From the human T2T-CHM13v2.0 reference genome, Homo sapiens, in the NCBI RefSeq assembly GCF_009914755.1, contig NC_060928.1: a stretch of 64,000 nt of DNA; one strand, written 5' to 3'. Positions within the stretch are counted from its first letter, which is position 1; each line of letters begins with the position of its first letter. The position numbers and the translations under genes were made by a program. The notes below the pieces were generated by a model. The model was not told the DNA's origin and did not search any database. It was given only the letters and a program-made list of their open reading frames with translations. Shown one piece after another: positions 36,270 through 51,749 of the stretch.

Positions 36270-36836
<567 letters not shown>

Positions 36837-38559
36837 AGTATTACTATTTAAACTGCTTTACTGAGTCACATACTTTTGTTATATTTTTGTATTGAATATA
36901 TCCACCTACATATGCAAGAGAATAATACAAATTAAAACATTTAAACCAAATTATCTTGACGTGCCTTCAAAACGGATGTTTACATCTTAATATTAAAATG
37001 TATTTATTAAGGAATAATTACTATATTGATTTAATCTTTGATCATTTTACTTTTGATGTGTTTTTAATGTTTCAAGACCAGAATTATATCAAAAGGTAGA
37101 TTAAATATGTTTTACACTCAGGCTATTGATGAAATAGTTCTTCTTTGTGGGAGGATTTTAAATAAATCTCTTTCTGATTCAAGTCCAGGACTTTTTTGTT
37201 GAATAAGCTGGACTTCTCACCCAGGTTTATTTCAGGTATTATACTATTTTATCTAAATGATCATCAATGCCTTTTGCAATTCTGATTACCCAGGGGATTA
37301 CCTGTCTGACAAGCAAACCTCCTGCTAAGAAGGAAATTATGCTGCAGCTGCACCAATTGTCAAGATTTATTTTCTTAGAGCCTTACTGTGGTAAAATTTG
37401 TCTTTCATAATCTCAAACATTATATTAGTAAAATACATGTGGAAAATTGAAATATATGTTTTTGTAGTATCATAATCCCTATAGCACCTCCTTGTGTCAG
37501 CTCTATATTTAATTCTATAAAGAAGATACAATAGGGACATATAGTTCTACCAGAAGTTAAATATATGCATATCTTAACTGTTAAAACAAAAATACCATAG
37601 TTAAACTTCTAAGTAAAATATAGGATTTTCACAAAAATTTTAGCCAAAACATGATTTTAAGGACATAGTAGTTATTTTCTTCCAGCAAATTGTGAGCTCC
37701 ATACTATATGTGATAATCAAGCAGACTACTTTCAGCAAAATTGTTTTTAATCACCAATTTAGAAACACCAATAAAACCTTCAAAACTACTAACATAAAAA
37801 TTTATATAATTATAAGTTTTTCTAATTCTCATTGTCATGTACCAAGAATGTTTATACTAGTATTATATGTCATTGTTAAAATAAAAATGTCAAATATAAG
37901 CCAATTTTTGCTTTTACAATCAACCATTGACATGAATATTGATCTTAATGAGTATGTAGTCACCACAGTCCCTAAACAATTTATAAATCTTATAAACTCT
38001 TTAATCTATTACATAAAATGTTATAAACTTAAAATATTTTAAGCCAACTCATAAAGCAGTTTTCTGTCTTTTTTTCCCTAATGTTAACAAGCTATTTTGT
38101 TCCTTTAAAGGTATATAAATATTTTTTCTTTAAGGAATATAATGAAAATTTATGCCTAATAATATTATTTATGTATTTATTTATTATTATACATAGATTT
38201 CTATTATAATCCTCAAGGAAATATATGCATATATTATTATTACTCCTATTATATTCCTTAAAGGAAGCATAATAAAATACTAACAGTATGTTAATGTATA
38301 CTTTCCAAAGAGGTGAACATGTAATGACTTACTAACAATTAAAAATGTAATAAATATATGCACCAGTAGCAATTAAAGAAAAATTTTTGGTTGGTGGAAG
38401 TGTAAATACAAATACAATTATATTTTCTACCCAATAAGAATTTTGGAACAAGTACAGAGGTTTAATGGTTTCATCAGGAAGCCAGTTACTTTTTTTCTGT
38501 CTGTTTGGCTTCATTTAGAATATGCCTACTGTTCTCACTGTCTACCGATTACAGACAAG

Positions 38560-39070
38560 AAAAATTAGAAGGGGCCAAAGATTTGCAAACTATACCATAG
38601 TTTTCAAAGCTTTTTTGCAGTTTATTTTTTTAATTCATCATATATCTTGGAGTTTTCTATAAGTCCTCATAGAATTGTCTCACTCTAAAATTACTGCAAA
38701 TCATACTGTGATATGTGAGCATCATTTGATGTGCCATATATTGTTTGACATTTATATTGCATCAAATATTTAGCTATTATAAACAAATTAATAATTACAC
38801 TTGCACTTTTGTTTTCTGCATATATGTAAGTACATCTATAGGAAAATTACCTAGAACCTATATTGCTATGTAAAACTGTGTGTATATTATACTTTGATAA
38901 ACATTTAAATTACTATCCATAGTGACTTAAAGTTTATATTTTCACCAATCGTATATTAAAGTGTCAGCTTATCAGCACTACAACATTATTTTTACAACAC
39001 ATTTTGATTTTCACAAATCAGGGAAGTCACAAACAGTGCCTTGTGTATAGCTTTGCTATTTGCCTTAGAA
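38560..39070 (-). mobile_element. Old L1M fragment
   Basis: tttagctattataaacaaa...ctataggaaaattacctagaa...ttatattttcaccaatcgtatatt. Confidence 0.5.
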
Positions 39071-39075
39071 GTAGG

Positions 39076-39465
39076 TGTCAGGCCTCTGAGCCCAAGCCAA
39101 GCCATCGCATCCCCTGTGACTTGCAGGTATATCGCCCAGATGGCCTGAAGTAACTGAAGAATCACAAAAGAAGTGAATATGCCCTGCCCCGCCTTAACTG
39201 ATGACATTGTCTTGTGAAATTCCTTTTCCTGGCTCCCCCTGGCTCAAAAGCTCCCCCACTGGTTACCTTGTGACCCCGACTCCTGCCTACCAGAGAACAA
39301 CCCCCCTTTTTCCTTTACCTACCCAAATCCTATAAAACGGCCCCACCCCTATCTCCCTTCGCTGACTCTCTTTTCAGACTCAGCCCACCTGCACCGAGGT
39401 AATTAAAAGCTTTATTGCTCACACAAAGCCTGTTTGGTGGTCTCTTCACACAGACGCGCATGAAA
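39076..39465 (+). mobile_element. Second HERV-H solo LTR (LTR7 family, shorter U3)
   Basis: Same termini tgtcaggcc...gcgcatgaaa; TSD gtagg at 39071-39075 and 39466-39470; TATAAAA 39331, ATTAAA 39402. Confidence 0.96.
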
Positions 39466-39581
39466 GTAGGTACCTGCCTTTTCCTAAACAAGTCCTGAGT
39501 ACCTAGATCTACAGTCCATTAACATATCTCTTTAATTGTCTGTGTTTCCTCTTAATTACCTTGTTTTGTCTCAATGTCTGG

Positions 39582-40618
<1,037 letters not shown>

Positions 40619-42509
40619 GACATATGTTCCACCTCTGCAACCTAGTCCTTGGGTCTGCCTTGATCACCATCTCACTACTGTATACAATTCTGTATCTTTA
40701 TAGCATGTCACTGCTAATGTGGCTAAAAGCTCATGCTAGATTTAAATAAAATATCAAATCAAACACTGTTCACATAAACTTCAGCTGATAAGAGCATATA
40801 TCCTCTCTTTGGTGTTCTGTTCTCTCCATACTGCTCTCTAACATTTATGTCAAGAGTGCTTTCTCCCGCTACTACTTTTTAAAAATGTTCTCATAAGCAA
40901 GAATATAACAAATTATTCCACTCTGAGACAAACATGGTGAAGGGACCTCATTTGACAATCAATAAGAAGTCGATTTAAGACAATATTTTAGCTACATTTT
41001 CAAGTTTTTGCAATTAGTGTCTCCCTTATCTGAGCCATGCCAATTGTTAAGTATCTGTTTCTTTAATATATATTATTACTGAGAATACAGTCTGTTGCAG
41101 ACGTCACACCATTCTATTTAATATTAATACTGTACTAAATTATCAGTAAAAAAATGTAGTTATGTATTTTATCTATTGTTCTCAAATGTGCTTACTTAAA
41201 TTTTATTTTTGCCCTTGGTCGGATAATCAACCAATAGGTCCTTCTCTGTCCTATTAGTTCCACATTTAACATACACAAACATTTTCTACAACAAACATTA
41301 TCTAATATGTTTGAAGTGCTGTCATTTTAGTGATGAAAGAAAATAAGAAGAATCTGGAAGTGTTACTAAAGTGAAGAGATGTGACTGTAGCTGCTTTGAC
41401 CTAAAAAGATGCATCGTCCCGAAACTACTGTTCAAGCTTCTTTCCTCACAGTACAATAAGATCACAACTCTATGGTAACAGGAAAAACGATTAATTGATT
41501 GAAAATAAGCAACACATTGCTACTTCTCTTGAAATGGAAGTCTGAATCACAAGAGAAAACCAGACCAGTGCCACCTTTCTTTGATCCAAATGATTCTGGA
41601 AGCAGATAGATATAAGCAGACACCTTTTACAGCATCATGCCAGGAAGGTTAACTACTTTTTATGCTTCAAAGTCACTCTCACTGTCTAGAGAACATCTTG
41701 CCTAAATTGGAAAGGGCACATCTTTTTGGTTTAGCTGTTGTTGTCTGATTAATAGAGGAAGTCAAGCTAGTTGTTTTTGTTGTGACTTTTAACCATTTAT
41801 GGTTTATTATTTTACATTCTGTATTGTCAAATAAACAGCTATATCCATTTGGTTCATATAGAGCCTAAAAATTAAATGAAAGTTGTAATAAAATTATTAT
41901 AATTTATTATGCAATATACATTCATTTGATATACAAAATATAAATAGAATTATAAAACATTTCAATGCTTCTTTATTCCCCTTTTTGGAGAACGGGGAAG
42001 GTGGGTTGCTAGTCTTTTAATTTGGATTGTTACTACCAAGGAAGAAATAAAACATTTATGGTATTTATAAATAGGGAAGAAGTGAAAGTTTTGAATGTAG
42101 TATTCTGCATTCAAACCTTTTACTTCTTTCAATCTGGCAAGTAAAATCCTTTACTTTGGGTTGAGTGAAACTGAGAGCTAGTAGGTAAAACTGTTAGTGC
42201 CATTGTGGGTGGTTCCTTTAGTGATTGCTGCTGCAGGCACTATCAGATGAGCTTAACAAGGAGATATTCTGCTTCTTTAAATACATCCTCCAAATCCTGG
42301 ACATTGTAATCATTCTGTGTTCATTTTTCTAGTTGCAGTTTTAAGATGGCAGTCCAGATCCTGACCGCATTTTAACATTTATTGTATTCAAAGATCAAGG
42401 AAAAAAAAAAGATGTTTTTCATAACTACCTCACAATAGAAGTTGTTTAGTTTTCAGATGTCCAGTGATAGAGACAATAGCCTTCAGTCGGCCCAAGAGTA
42501 GTCATAAAA

Positions 42510-42905
42510 GTATATTAAATTTTAAGTTACAGTAAAAAAATTACCACTGACTTTGAGGTTTAAAACAATATTTATTTATTAGCTTTCAGTTCTATAGGTC
42601 AGAAGTCTGAGAGGAGTTATTGGATTCTCCCCTTAGGATCACACAAGGCCTGAATCAAAGTGTCAGTGCCTCGGGCCTTATCCAAGGAGCTGAAAAAGAA
42701 TCTCTTTTCAAGTTCATTGAGGTTGTTGGTCAGATTCAATTCCTTGGGATCACTGACTGAAAAATTCATTTCTTTGTTTGTGACCAGGGCCTTCTCTCAG
42801 CTCTAAATGCTCAAACATTTCTTGACACATGGCTCCTCTGTCTTCAAAATCAACAATGGTGCATCCAGTGCTTCAACCTCATGCCTGGGATCTGACTTCC
42901 TCTTT
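42510..42905 (-). mobile_element. MLT1-type MaLR LTR fragment
   Basis: cagttctataggtcagaagtctg...aatcaaagtgtcag...ttcaagttcattgaggttgttggtcagattcaattcctt. Confidence 0.7.
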
Positions 42906-43046
42906 ACCTTGCTTCTTTAATACCAGAATATGTTATAGCCTTCTCAATTATTCCTTTTATGTCTAGAATAATTCTGGAAGTGGAGTTTCTTTTATATTGG
43001 ATTTGAGAATAAACACACCTCAACAAATCTCCCTTTGAAAGCTTTC

Positions 43047-44232
43047 CATTGATACATAATAATTGTACATATTTATGGGGATCTTATGATATTTGATTAC
43101 ATATATACAATGTGTAATGATCAAATAATCTTTGACATCTTGGCATTGGAAACATACCAAAACTTCTCTTCTAGCTATTATGAAATATAAAACATATTGT
43201 CGTTAACTGTAGTTACTCTACTGGGCTGTTGGATACTAGAATTTATTCCTCATATTTAACTGGATATTTGTACTCAATGATCAACCTCCCTTCACCCCTG
43301 CCTCTGCTGACTCTTCCCACTGTCTGGTAACTGTTAATATCCCTCTCTTTTCTACCTCCATCATATCAATGTTGTTAACTCCCACATATAATACCTGTCT
43401 TTCTGTGCCTTGCTTATTTCAATTAACATAATGACCTTCAGTGCCATTCATGTTGCAAATGATAGGAATTTAGTGTTTTTATGGCTGGAAAGCATTATAT
43501 ATATATATTGTGTGTGTGTATGTGTGTGTGTGTATATATATACATATATATATATACATGTTTATTGAAGTGCTATTCATTCACAATAGCCAAAATGTGG
43601 AATTAACCTATTTCTCAATCACTAGATGTATGGATAAGAAAATGTATGTGTGTGTGTGTATATATATGTACACATATATACACATATACATACATATACA
43701 CATATACACATACATATATACACATATACATACATATATACACACACATACATTTTCTTATCCATACATCTAGTGATTGAGAAATAGGTTAATTGCACAT
43801 TTTGTCTGTTGTGAATGAATAGCACTTCAACAAACATGGTGGTACAGGTATTTCTTTAATATATTGATCTACTTTCCTTTGAATAAATTACCTCTAGAGG
43901 AATTGCTGAATTGTATGATAGTTTTTAGTTTTTTGAGAAACCTTCATATAGTTTTTCTTAATGGTTGTACTAAATTTATATTCCCACCAGCAGTATATAA
44001 GATTTCCTTTTTCTGTACATCCTTGCCAGCATTTGCTGTCTTTTGTCTTTTTGGTAATAACCACACTAACTGGTTAAGAGGATATTACATTGCGGTTTTG
44101 ATTTTCATTTCCCTGGTGATTAGGCATGTTGAGCATTTTTTAAGATACCTGTTTGTAATTTGTATGTCTTTCTTTCTTTTTTTTTTTTGAGAAACGTCTA
44201 TTCCAATTTTTTTCCCATTCTTAAACTGAATT
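43047..44232 (-). mobile_element. L1MA-type 3' end containing a microsatellite and an inverted duplication
   Basis: ttgatacataataattgtacatatttatgggg start; ttttgagaaaccttcata...ttcccaccagcagt. Confidence 0.85.
43557..43838. repeat. Long inverted repeat: 99-bp arms with 84-bp purine-pyrimidine spacer
   Basis: 43557-43655 is the reverse complement of 43740-43838 with 4 mismatches. Confidence 0.95.
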
Positions 44233-44535
44233 ATCTGTGATTTTTGACTTTTGGCAGTTTGACTATGATGTGCCTTGGAGAAGACATTTTGAGTTGTACT
44301 ATTTTGGTGATCTTAGAGCTTCCTGTATCTGGATGTCTATATCTTTTGCAGGACTTGGACATGTTTTAGCTATTATGGTGCTAAATAGGTTTTCTATATC
44401 TATGCCAATTTCTTCTCTCTCTGGGTCACTTTATGGAGTCCCATATATCACACAGGATTTCATTCTTTTCTTTTTTTTCTGAGTTATTTCAAAAGGCCTA
44501 TCAAGTTCTAAAATTAATTCTTCTGTTTGACAATT
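44233..44535 (-). mobile_element. L1M ORF1-region fragment
   Basis: cagtttgactatgatgtgccttggagaagac...gagcttcctgtatctggatgtctatatc. Confidence 0.7.
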
Positions 44536-44649
44536 AAAACATGAGAATTGTCACTGTTCATTTGTTATATTATATGGTAAGTACTGCAGCAAAATTATTT
44601 CTAAATTCATTTCCAGAGCTGAGTGGTTTCTAGAAAATTCTAAGATATC

Positions 44650-45133
44650 CTTGAGGTTCTAAAGCTCGTGCTTTAGAGCTGGTGAATCTCATCTCTGACT
44701 TTTGCAGATGAGATATCCTGAGGCTACTATACTTTTGCAGTAATATAAAAGGTTATTAATATTATTATTATTTCTTTTAGAGTTGAGGTCTCTCTCATAA
44801 GAGTAACTATATATTATATCCCGCCCCTGACTGGACTTCAGGAATTTGGTCACGGATGTGGTGGACAATCTAATGCCTAAGTGTCTCATCCCGACCCCTA
44901 ACCAGGTGTGCCTCTCACAGAAAAGTTGTTTATAATGGCAGGCCCTGTGTGAACTGTGTAGTTTATTCTTACCAAGACAGTTATTCTCTAGAGGTTCCTT
45001 GACCAGAAAATATCTTAGGCGTGTTATTCAGGTGATACAAAGAGAGGAGGCAAGCCTTGCTTCTGCCATGAGAAAGTCTAACTTACATTCAAGGCAGATG
45101 CTGAGTAAACATAAAATTATAGAAATTCACTAT
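44650..45133 (-). mobile_element. ERV1 LTR (MER67-like)
   Basis: Reverse complement starts tagtgaatttctataattttatgtttactcagcatc...gactttctcat, resembling the MER67 5' end. Confidence 0.6.
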
Positions 45134-48100
45134 GAAATCTAGAAATAAAAAAGGTAAATGGATTTTACATGAACCCTCTAGGAAAAAATACACTGACCTC
45201 TGGAATAGGAGTGCAGATATTTGCATTTATACCAAGTATTCGTCTTACTAACATTTTCAGAAATTAAATTTTGAGGATAATTATCTTAAAAACTGTGGAA
45301 ACTTGATAGTTATTAAAAGGAATAAAGGATCATGTTTCTGTGATTCTAATTTACAGATTATTATCACAGTCATTTTGTTCTCAATCATGAGTTTGGGGTA
45401 AATATATATTTATCTTTGTACTGAAAAATCCATGTTTTAAAATGTTGATGTTTTTGAAAAAAAACTACAGAAAAAATAAAATATATACTTTTCAAATTTT
45501 ACATCATGGCAAGTCATCTTAATATCTTACCATTTATTTTTAAGGTCTATACATATTTTCTTTAAAATTCTAGTTTACATTTAGCTGTTTACTTTTTTCA
45601 ATAATGAAATATTGAAAATCATACATCTTTCTCTTTTGGATACTAAAATACAAAACTGCACCACACAAAGGTGATTATTTTCATTCTTTCACAAAATTAC
45701 TTGAAGCCAAAATTTGTTATTTTCACTTTGGTTTCTCAGTTAGTTTTAGTTAATACAAAACTGTTAATTTAACATTGTGCCGTTTGACATTTCCCTGAGT
45801 ACTATTTGAGAAGTGGATGTCTGACTCAACACTTCCTAACAGGAAGATAGACAACTTCATTTCAGGAGCTTCATGCATATCATAATTTCTTCTGCTGAGC
45901 TATCTATTACCCTGTAGGATCATAAGTTATTTCTACATTATGTAAAATGCAGCATGCATCAAAGGTGACATATGCCATTTTGGGGCTTTATTATAGTTCA
46001 TCTAACAAATTGTAAGGACAGTCAAGTCAAAATGAGATTTCAGAATGCAAAATAGCATTCAAGCTAGTGACTCACCTGATGTGCTATTCTATTATATGCT
46101 TGTCCTGTTCCATTGTGGGGATGCCTCCTTAGAGAGAAATATGAAAAGTATGAGTCAGTTTTTCTCTCACTAAGTGCTACCTGCACATTTGTGATTCTGT
46201 AATCTCAATTTAAGTGTCTTTTGCAAAAGGAGTCATGTCCTAGGAGGATGCATACTATCATCAGCAAGAAAAATACATAGTTAACCACAAACTGTGCTCT
46301 TCACATATGGCTTAACATATTTTTAATACCTTTGGGTGAAAATAGGTGTTTCGTTTCTATGAGGCTGCATCTTTTGATGTGTTTCAGGCATATGGTTAAG
46401 AGTAAAAATACTCCCTTCTTAGCACGGTAACAGATTAAATTTAAAATAGTGCTTTCAAACAAATCCTTAGATATGGCAACATATTTGCAAGCAGCAGCCC
46501 TAAAGGAAAGCTTTTTCATTTCCTCTTTAAAACACTCATGTTTGGCCAATCCTTTATTATACGTGTGTATGTGTGCACGTGTGTGCATGCACATGTGTGT
46601 AAAGAATGCTATTCTATAGTGATATAATTAAAAAGTAAATAGTAAATGAGATAATCTTGTTCTTGTGAAACTCACATTTACAGGGAAAAAAGTGAACACA
46701 TTTCATTTAAAGCAACACCACTGAAACAACTGTGCAAAGAAAATAAAAATAATAATAATTATCTTTTTAAGTGGTAAAGAATGTAAACAGAAAATACAAG
46801 ATGAAGTGCTAGTAAGTATAGCCATGACAAGGTTTACTGAGTGAATTTTGAACTGCTTGAAATAGAAATGTGCTAAAATTTCTCATATAAAAAGATAAGG
46901 AATTAGATTTCAGAAAAACTAGAATATGTTCATATAATCAGTTTCCATCTCCATTTTTCTTATGATTCATGTGATTAATCTTTCAATATTTCTTTTCTAT
47001 CTCTTGAAGTCTGTCATTTTGGATTGCATATGAACTAATACAAGCCAACACAGCCTCGCTAATATTAAAGCTCAAATCCCCAGTGTAATTGAATGGACTT
47101 AGTTTCCACATTCACACCAAATTTACAGAAGAAATAATGTGTTTCATATTTGGTCCTTCCTTGGTGGTATATCTTAGCAATGGAACAATCATTTGTGGTT
47201 AGGGTAATAAGATAATCTACAAAAATCCAGTACTACTTGGTCAACTCCTTCGTCAGGGAATATGGGTAATTGGCCTCTAAAGAGGGTTTGGGTAAGAAAC
47301 CAATGTCTGGATTTGATAGTACAAATAGCAACATGGAAGAAATATAAAATGGACTTATTCAACTGAGTCCAGCTGAGCCAGATGGAAGAGACAATTTGCT
47401 TCTCTCTTCTAGGGAAAGTGTTCATTGTTCAGTGTTTTATAAGTGGATGCATTTTAGCTTTCCTATATCTAACTCTACATCTAACTTGTATTAGATTAAA
47501 TTAAACACCTGAAACATACTAGGTATTTCATAAATGTTTCTTAGAATAAATAATGAATAAAGTTCTACTCTTTCATCAAAAAATACATATATGTGGTAGT
47601 GAGTATGCCAAATGAATTGAGGTAATAAGAATAAAATATGGTGCCATGAGAAAAGAAAGGGAAAGTGGTTTGGAGTAAAGTTCCTGTATCTCGTGGATTT
47701 GAGTTGCATGGGGCCTACGGAAGCTAATGATAAAAACAATAACAACTACACCCATAAAACCAGTATATAGATAATGCATTGCTGGACGGTGAGTTTTGAC
47801 TTTTTTGTTTAGTTTTGATTGTTTATAGTGGTTTAAGATAAAGACAAAGGAGAAGGAAGAAAAAATAGAAGATAATTTCCAATAAGAAATTTTGGGCAAG
47901 GTAAATATATCTTATAACATTTTCCCATCTATAGGATAATTTCATATTTGAGTACAAGGATCATCTAATTATGTTAGAAGATTCCAAGTATACAGATAGC
48001 AATAGCTCCAATAACGATACTTTAATTTATTATGATGCTTAAGTAATTTCGATTATTATTCTTTCCATGATCTCAGTTAAAGTAGTTTTGACCATATATA

Positions 48101-51100
48101 TATCACCTTTGAAATAAACATGACTAGACTACTCCAAGCATCATCTTTATAACACAATAGTTACTTCTAAGAGGCCACAGAATAACTATACTCATCTGTC
48201 AATAACCTTCTGCCCTCATCTATCAGTTTATTTATGCAATAGACATTTGCTACAACCCGAAGTATTTTACATTTACAAAAGGCAAGCAGAGCAGAATCTC
48301 AACGAACCTCATGTCAATCTGTTGTAACCACCAGAATGGACACTTGACAATTACATGTTTGTTCAAATGCACTCTTACCCTGTGCCTTTGCTAATATCTT
48401 GCAGATCAAATGGGACTCTGATTCATCAGAGGTCTGTGACTAATGCACCTTCTGTGGAAGGGCAACAGAACATTCAAACTTGCTTTAATACAACACTTAT
48501 TCAGATAAGTGTCTTCTGAGTTTATTCTCATCCCTCATCCTTGGAAATATCTAAATGACAAAGTGTGCTTATTTTGATGATATTTAAAAAAATACTCCCC
48601 AAGCTTCAAATATTAGAATACAATAAATGTTTTGAAACTTAGGGCAGAAAAAAATTGAAAGAGAAAAGCTAGGGAACGAAGCAAGACAGTGTAAGATTAA
48701 AGAAAAGAAAACTGGAAAGATTTCTAAGTTCTTTCCTGGGCTCTTTTGTAATAATTTCTATTGTAAAACATATCATATTCAATGGAGAAACAAACAGAAG
48801 AGTGATAACTTTGCCAACTACTGAAATATATAATTGCAACCTCTAATATAACTTAGCAATGGGTATATGATTTAGTCTTTAACACTTTTCCACTGAAGTT
48901 CCAATGAAGAAAACAAAAACAGGAAAACTCATTGTAAAACACAAAAATTATTTATAATATAAACCTATTTGTAATAATAAATATAGAGCCAACTTTAAAA
49001 CAAACAACAACAGCAACATATTTGGCTATCTAAAATGAAACAAATCCTGAACTAATTGTTCAACATGGTATTCGTTTTTATGTAGGCTCCCATTGACTAC
49101 CTCTCCTCCCAGAGAGAAAAGAAGCCAGATTGTACAAATATCTAATTGCTACATAGATGGATTTATTCATAATAAAAACCCATCAAACTCTTAAAATTCC
49201 TGTATATTCTATTTCCATTGTAAAATAAAGGTATCAATGCATATAGGATGAACGTGTTTTATCTTACATTAAGTAGTAAACAAACAAGTGGAAAAATAAA
49301 TTCCTAAACCCAATAAACTACAGCTAAATGCTTACTAGATTTTGAGAGTGTAAGTATTATCCAAAATTAAGAATAGCCATACACTTTGTCCATTTGCAAG
49401 CACTGTTTCTATATAGAAGTCTAAGACATATCAAAAAATAAATAAAATGAAAATCTATATGCAGTCCAGCAAAAAATATTACTTATTAAAATTACTAATT
49501 ACCAGATTCACAAAATCACTTAAAGGGATGCTGGGATTCCCATATCTAGCATCATTGTTGACTGATTTACATTTTTTCATTGAGGAAAAAATAAGCTAAA
49601 AATTGGAAATAAGTAATAAAATTACTTAAGTTAATCATTCACATAGGAATATAGAATCCCAGAGCCCAAATCAAGTGAAAGTAGGAATTCTTTTAAGTAA
49701 GCAAGTACCCTAAACATCTTTACACTTAAGGCAACCAGGAAAAACTGGTTAACTTGAACCATTTTTTAGATGACTAGATAGGTGTAGACATGGGAGTTAA
49801 AGTTTAAGGTTCTTCTCCAATGATGAGAAATCCAGTTAAACACTTATTCCATTAAGCTGACTTTAAATGAGAACACCCTCAGGGAAAAGGTGAACAGCAA
49901 AATATAATCCTATTGCACAGAAGTGGTCAGCAAGAAAATTTATCTGTCTTTAATTTGTGGCTAATGTAAACACACACATATACACATACACATGCGCACA
50001 CACACATACCTTGAATATTCAAAAGCACAGTTTAAGCATCATGTAAAATTAAATAGAATATTCACATGACCAGTGTGGTTTAAAGCGTGGCATTAAACTG
50101 TAGTAGTCTGATATAAATAATTCCTCCAGTGATTTGAAAAAGCAAATGCAAATCCTCTCTGAGGAGCATAGCTTCTATTTAGGCCTTAAATAATTACTAT
50201 AGAAAAATATCATGAGCATTGGCTCAGATTAAATGATTATAAAGATTTATAATCTTTTATATGATTTCAGAACAATAAATGATTATAGAGATTCTCCAGA
50301 AGAAAGCGGATATCAGAATCAGATCAGCATTGAATTCAGACATTAGATATAACAGTAACGGAATATAAACTATTTACTACATATACTATGTACTATGAAG
50401 TGAAAGGTTCTGGAAGACATGAGCAAGAAACAAAAATTATACAAGCAACAAACATTTGGAAACAAATATAACAGTTAGAAATGATCTACGTAATTATGCA
50501 ATCAGAGAAAACTAGTTGGCTATTTACATAGAATCTTGCATATGTAAGCAATTTTAAATAAGGACTAAAAATATCCTACAAATAAAACATTCAATATCAA
50601 AATGATATACATTTTATTTTAAAAATTAATTTTTGTTTTAATTTTATAAAAATTGAACTGGTAAAAAAAAAAACATTGAACTGGTAAAATGATTCTAAAT
50701 TTATCCTGATAATAACCTGGAAAATCCTAAGAACTTTTTGAAAAATAATTATAATGAAGAATGATCTCTATGAAAAATTATAGTGTGTTTAAGTATATAA
50801 TAATTCAAAGACTTTTATTAAAATAGCACACTTAATAAGAAGCCTAGATAAATACACATCTTGCATATATGAGTACATATACATTTATACATACAAATAT
50901 ACATGTGTTATACAACATTGATCTAAAATATTAGTGATAGAGTCATATATTATATTGTATATATATCATATAACATACTATATTTTAAAAACATACAGCA
51001 AAGACCAAGAAAAACTATAAAATAAAAATAAATAAGTAGGTAAATAAATGAATAAATAAATTCATGCTCTGAGCAAAACAAAAAAGAAAACATTCAGAGT

Positions 51101-51749
51101 TATAATTACTTGGAAGTAGAAAAAGGAGTACCAAATTTCAATGAAGAATATTCTACTTCATTCCCCTACCCTAAAACTTCTCAAGCAGGGAATGCATTTT
51201 GTAAAACAAAATAAAAACAAACAAAAAATATTATGCATGAAGGAGAAAAAGGGAATTAGCTGAAATCCTAAAATTAATTGAAGACCACAGCTAGCAACAC
51301 TCATGCAAAATGCAAACCTACTGAGAAGGTATACTGGTACATCAGCGAATGAACTACAAGGAAAACAGTTAACAATGGAACCGGACACAAGGTGGTAGCT
51401 TTGGAAAGGTAATGCTTCCAGTGGAAGAGAAGATTAAGGGGAAAGAAAAAGCAAACATTGGAAACTGTATGATGAAAACAAAAGAGGCAGAGGGGAGATT
51501 TTAAATCCTTTATGACAAAATATATCAAAGAATTGACGCCTTTCCCCAAAAAGATATTCAGTAAATGAATCATACTTTCTTCACTGAAAAAGAGAGTATT
51601 TTTGAATTTGAAATCTTGTATTTAACATCCAATCACCAGCCATGTTCTCAGAAATGTAGTTGGCGTAAGTACAAAATGATTATAAAAAGAAGAGTGAAAA
51701 TGATAACCACCTAGTACAGCTGATAAAACTTCCTTGAATCCTTACCTAC

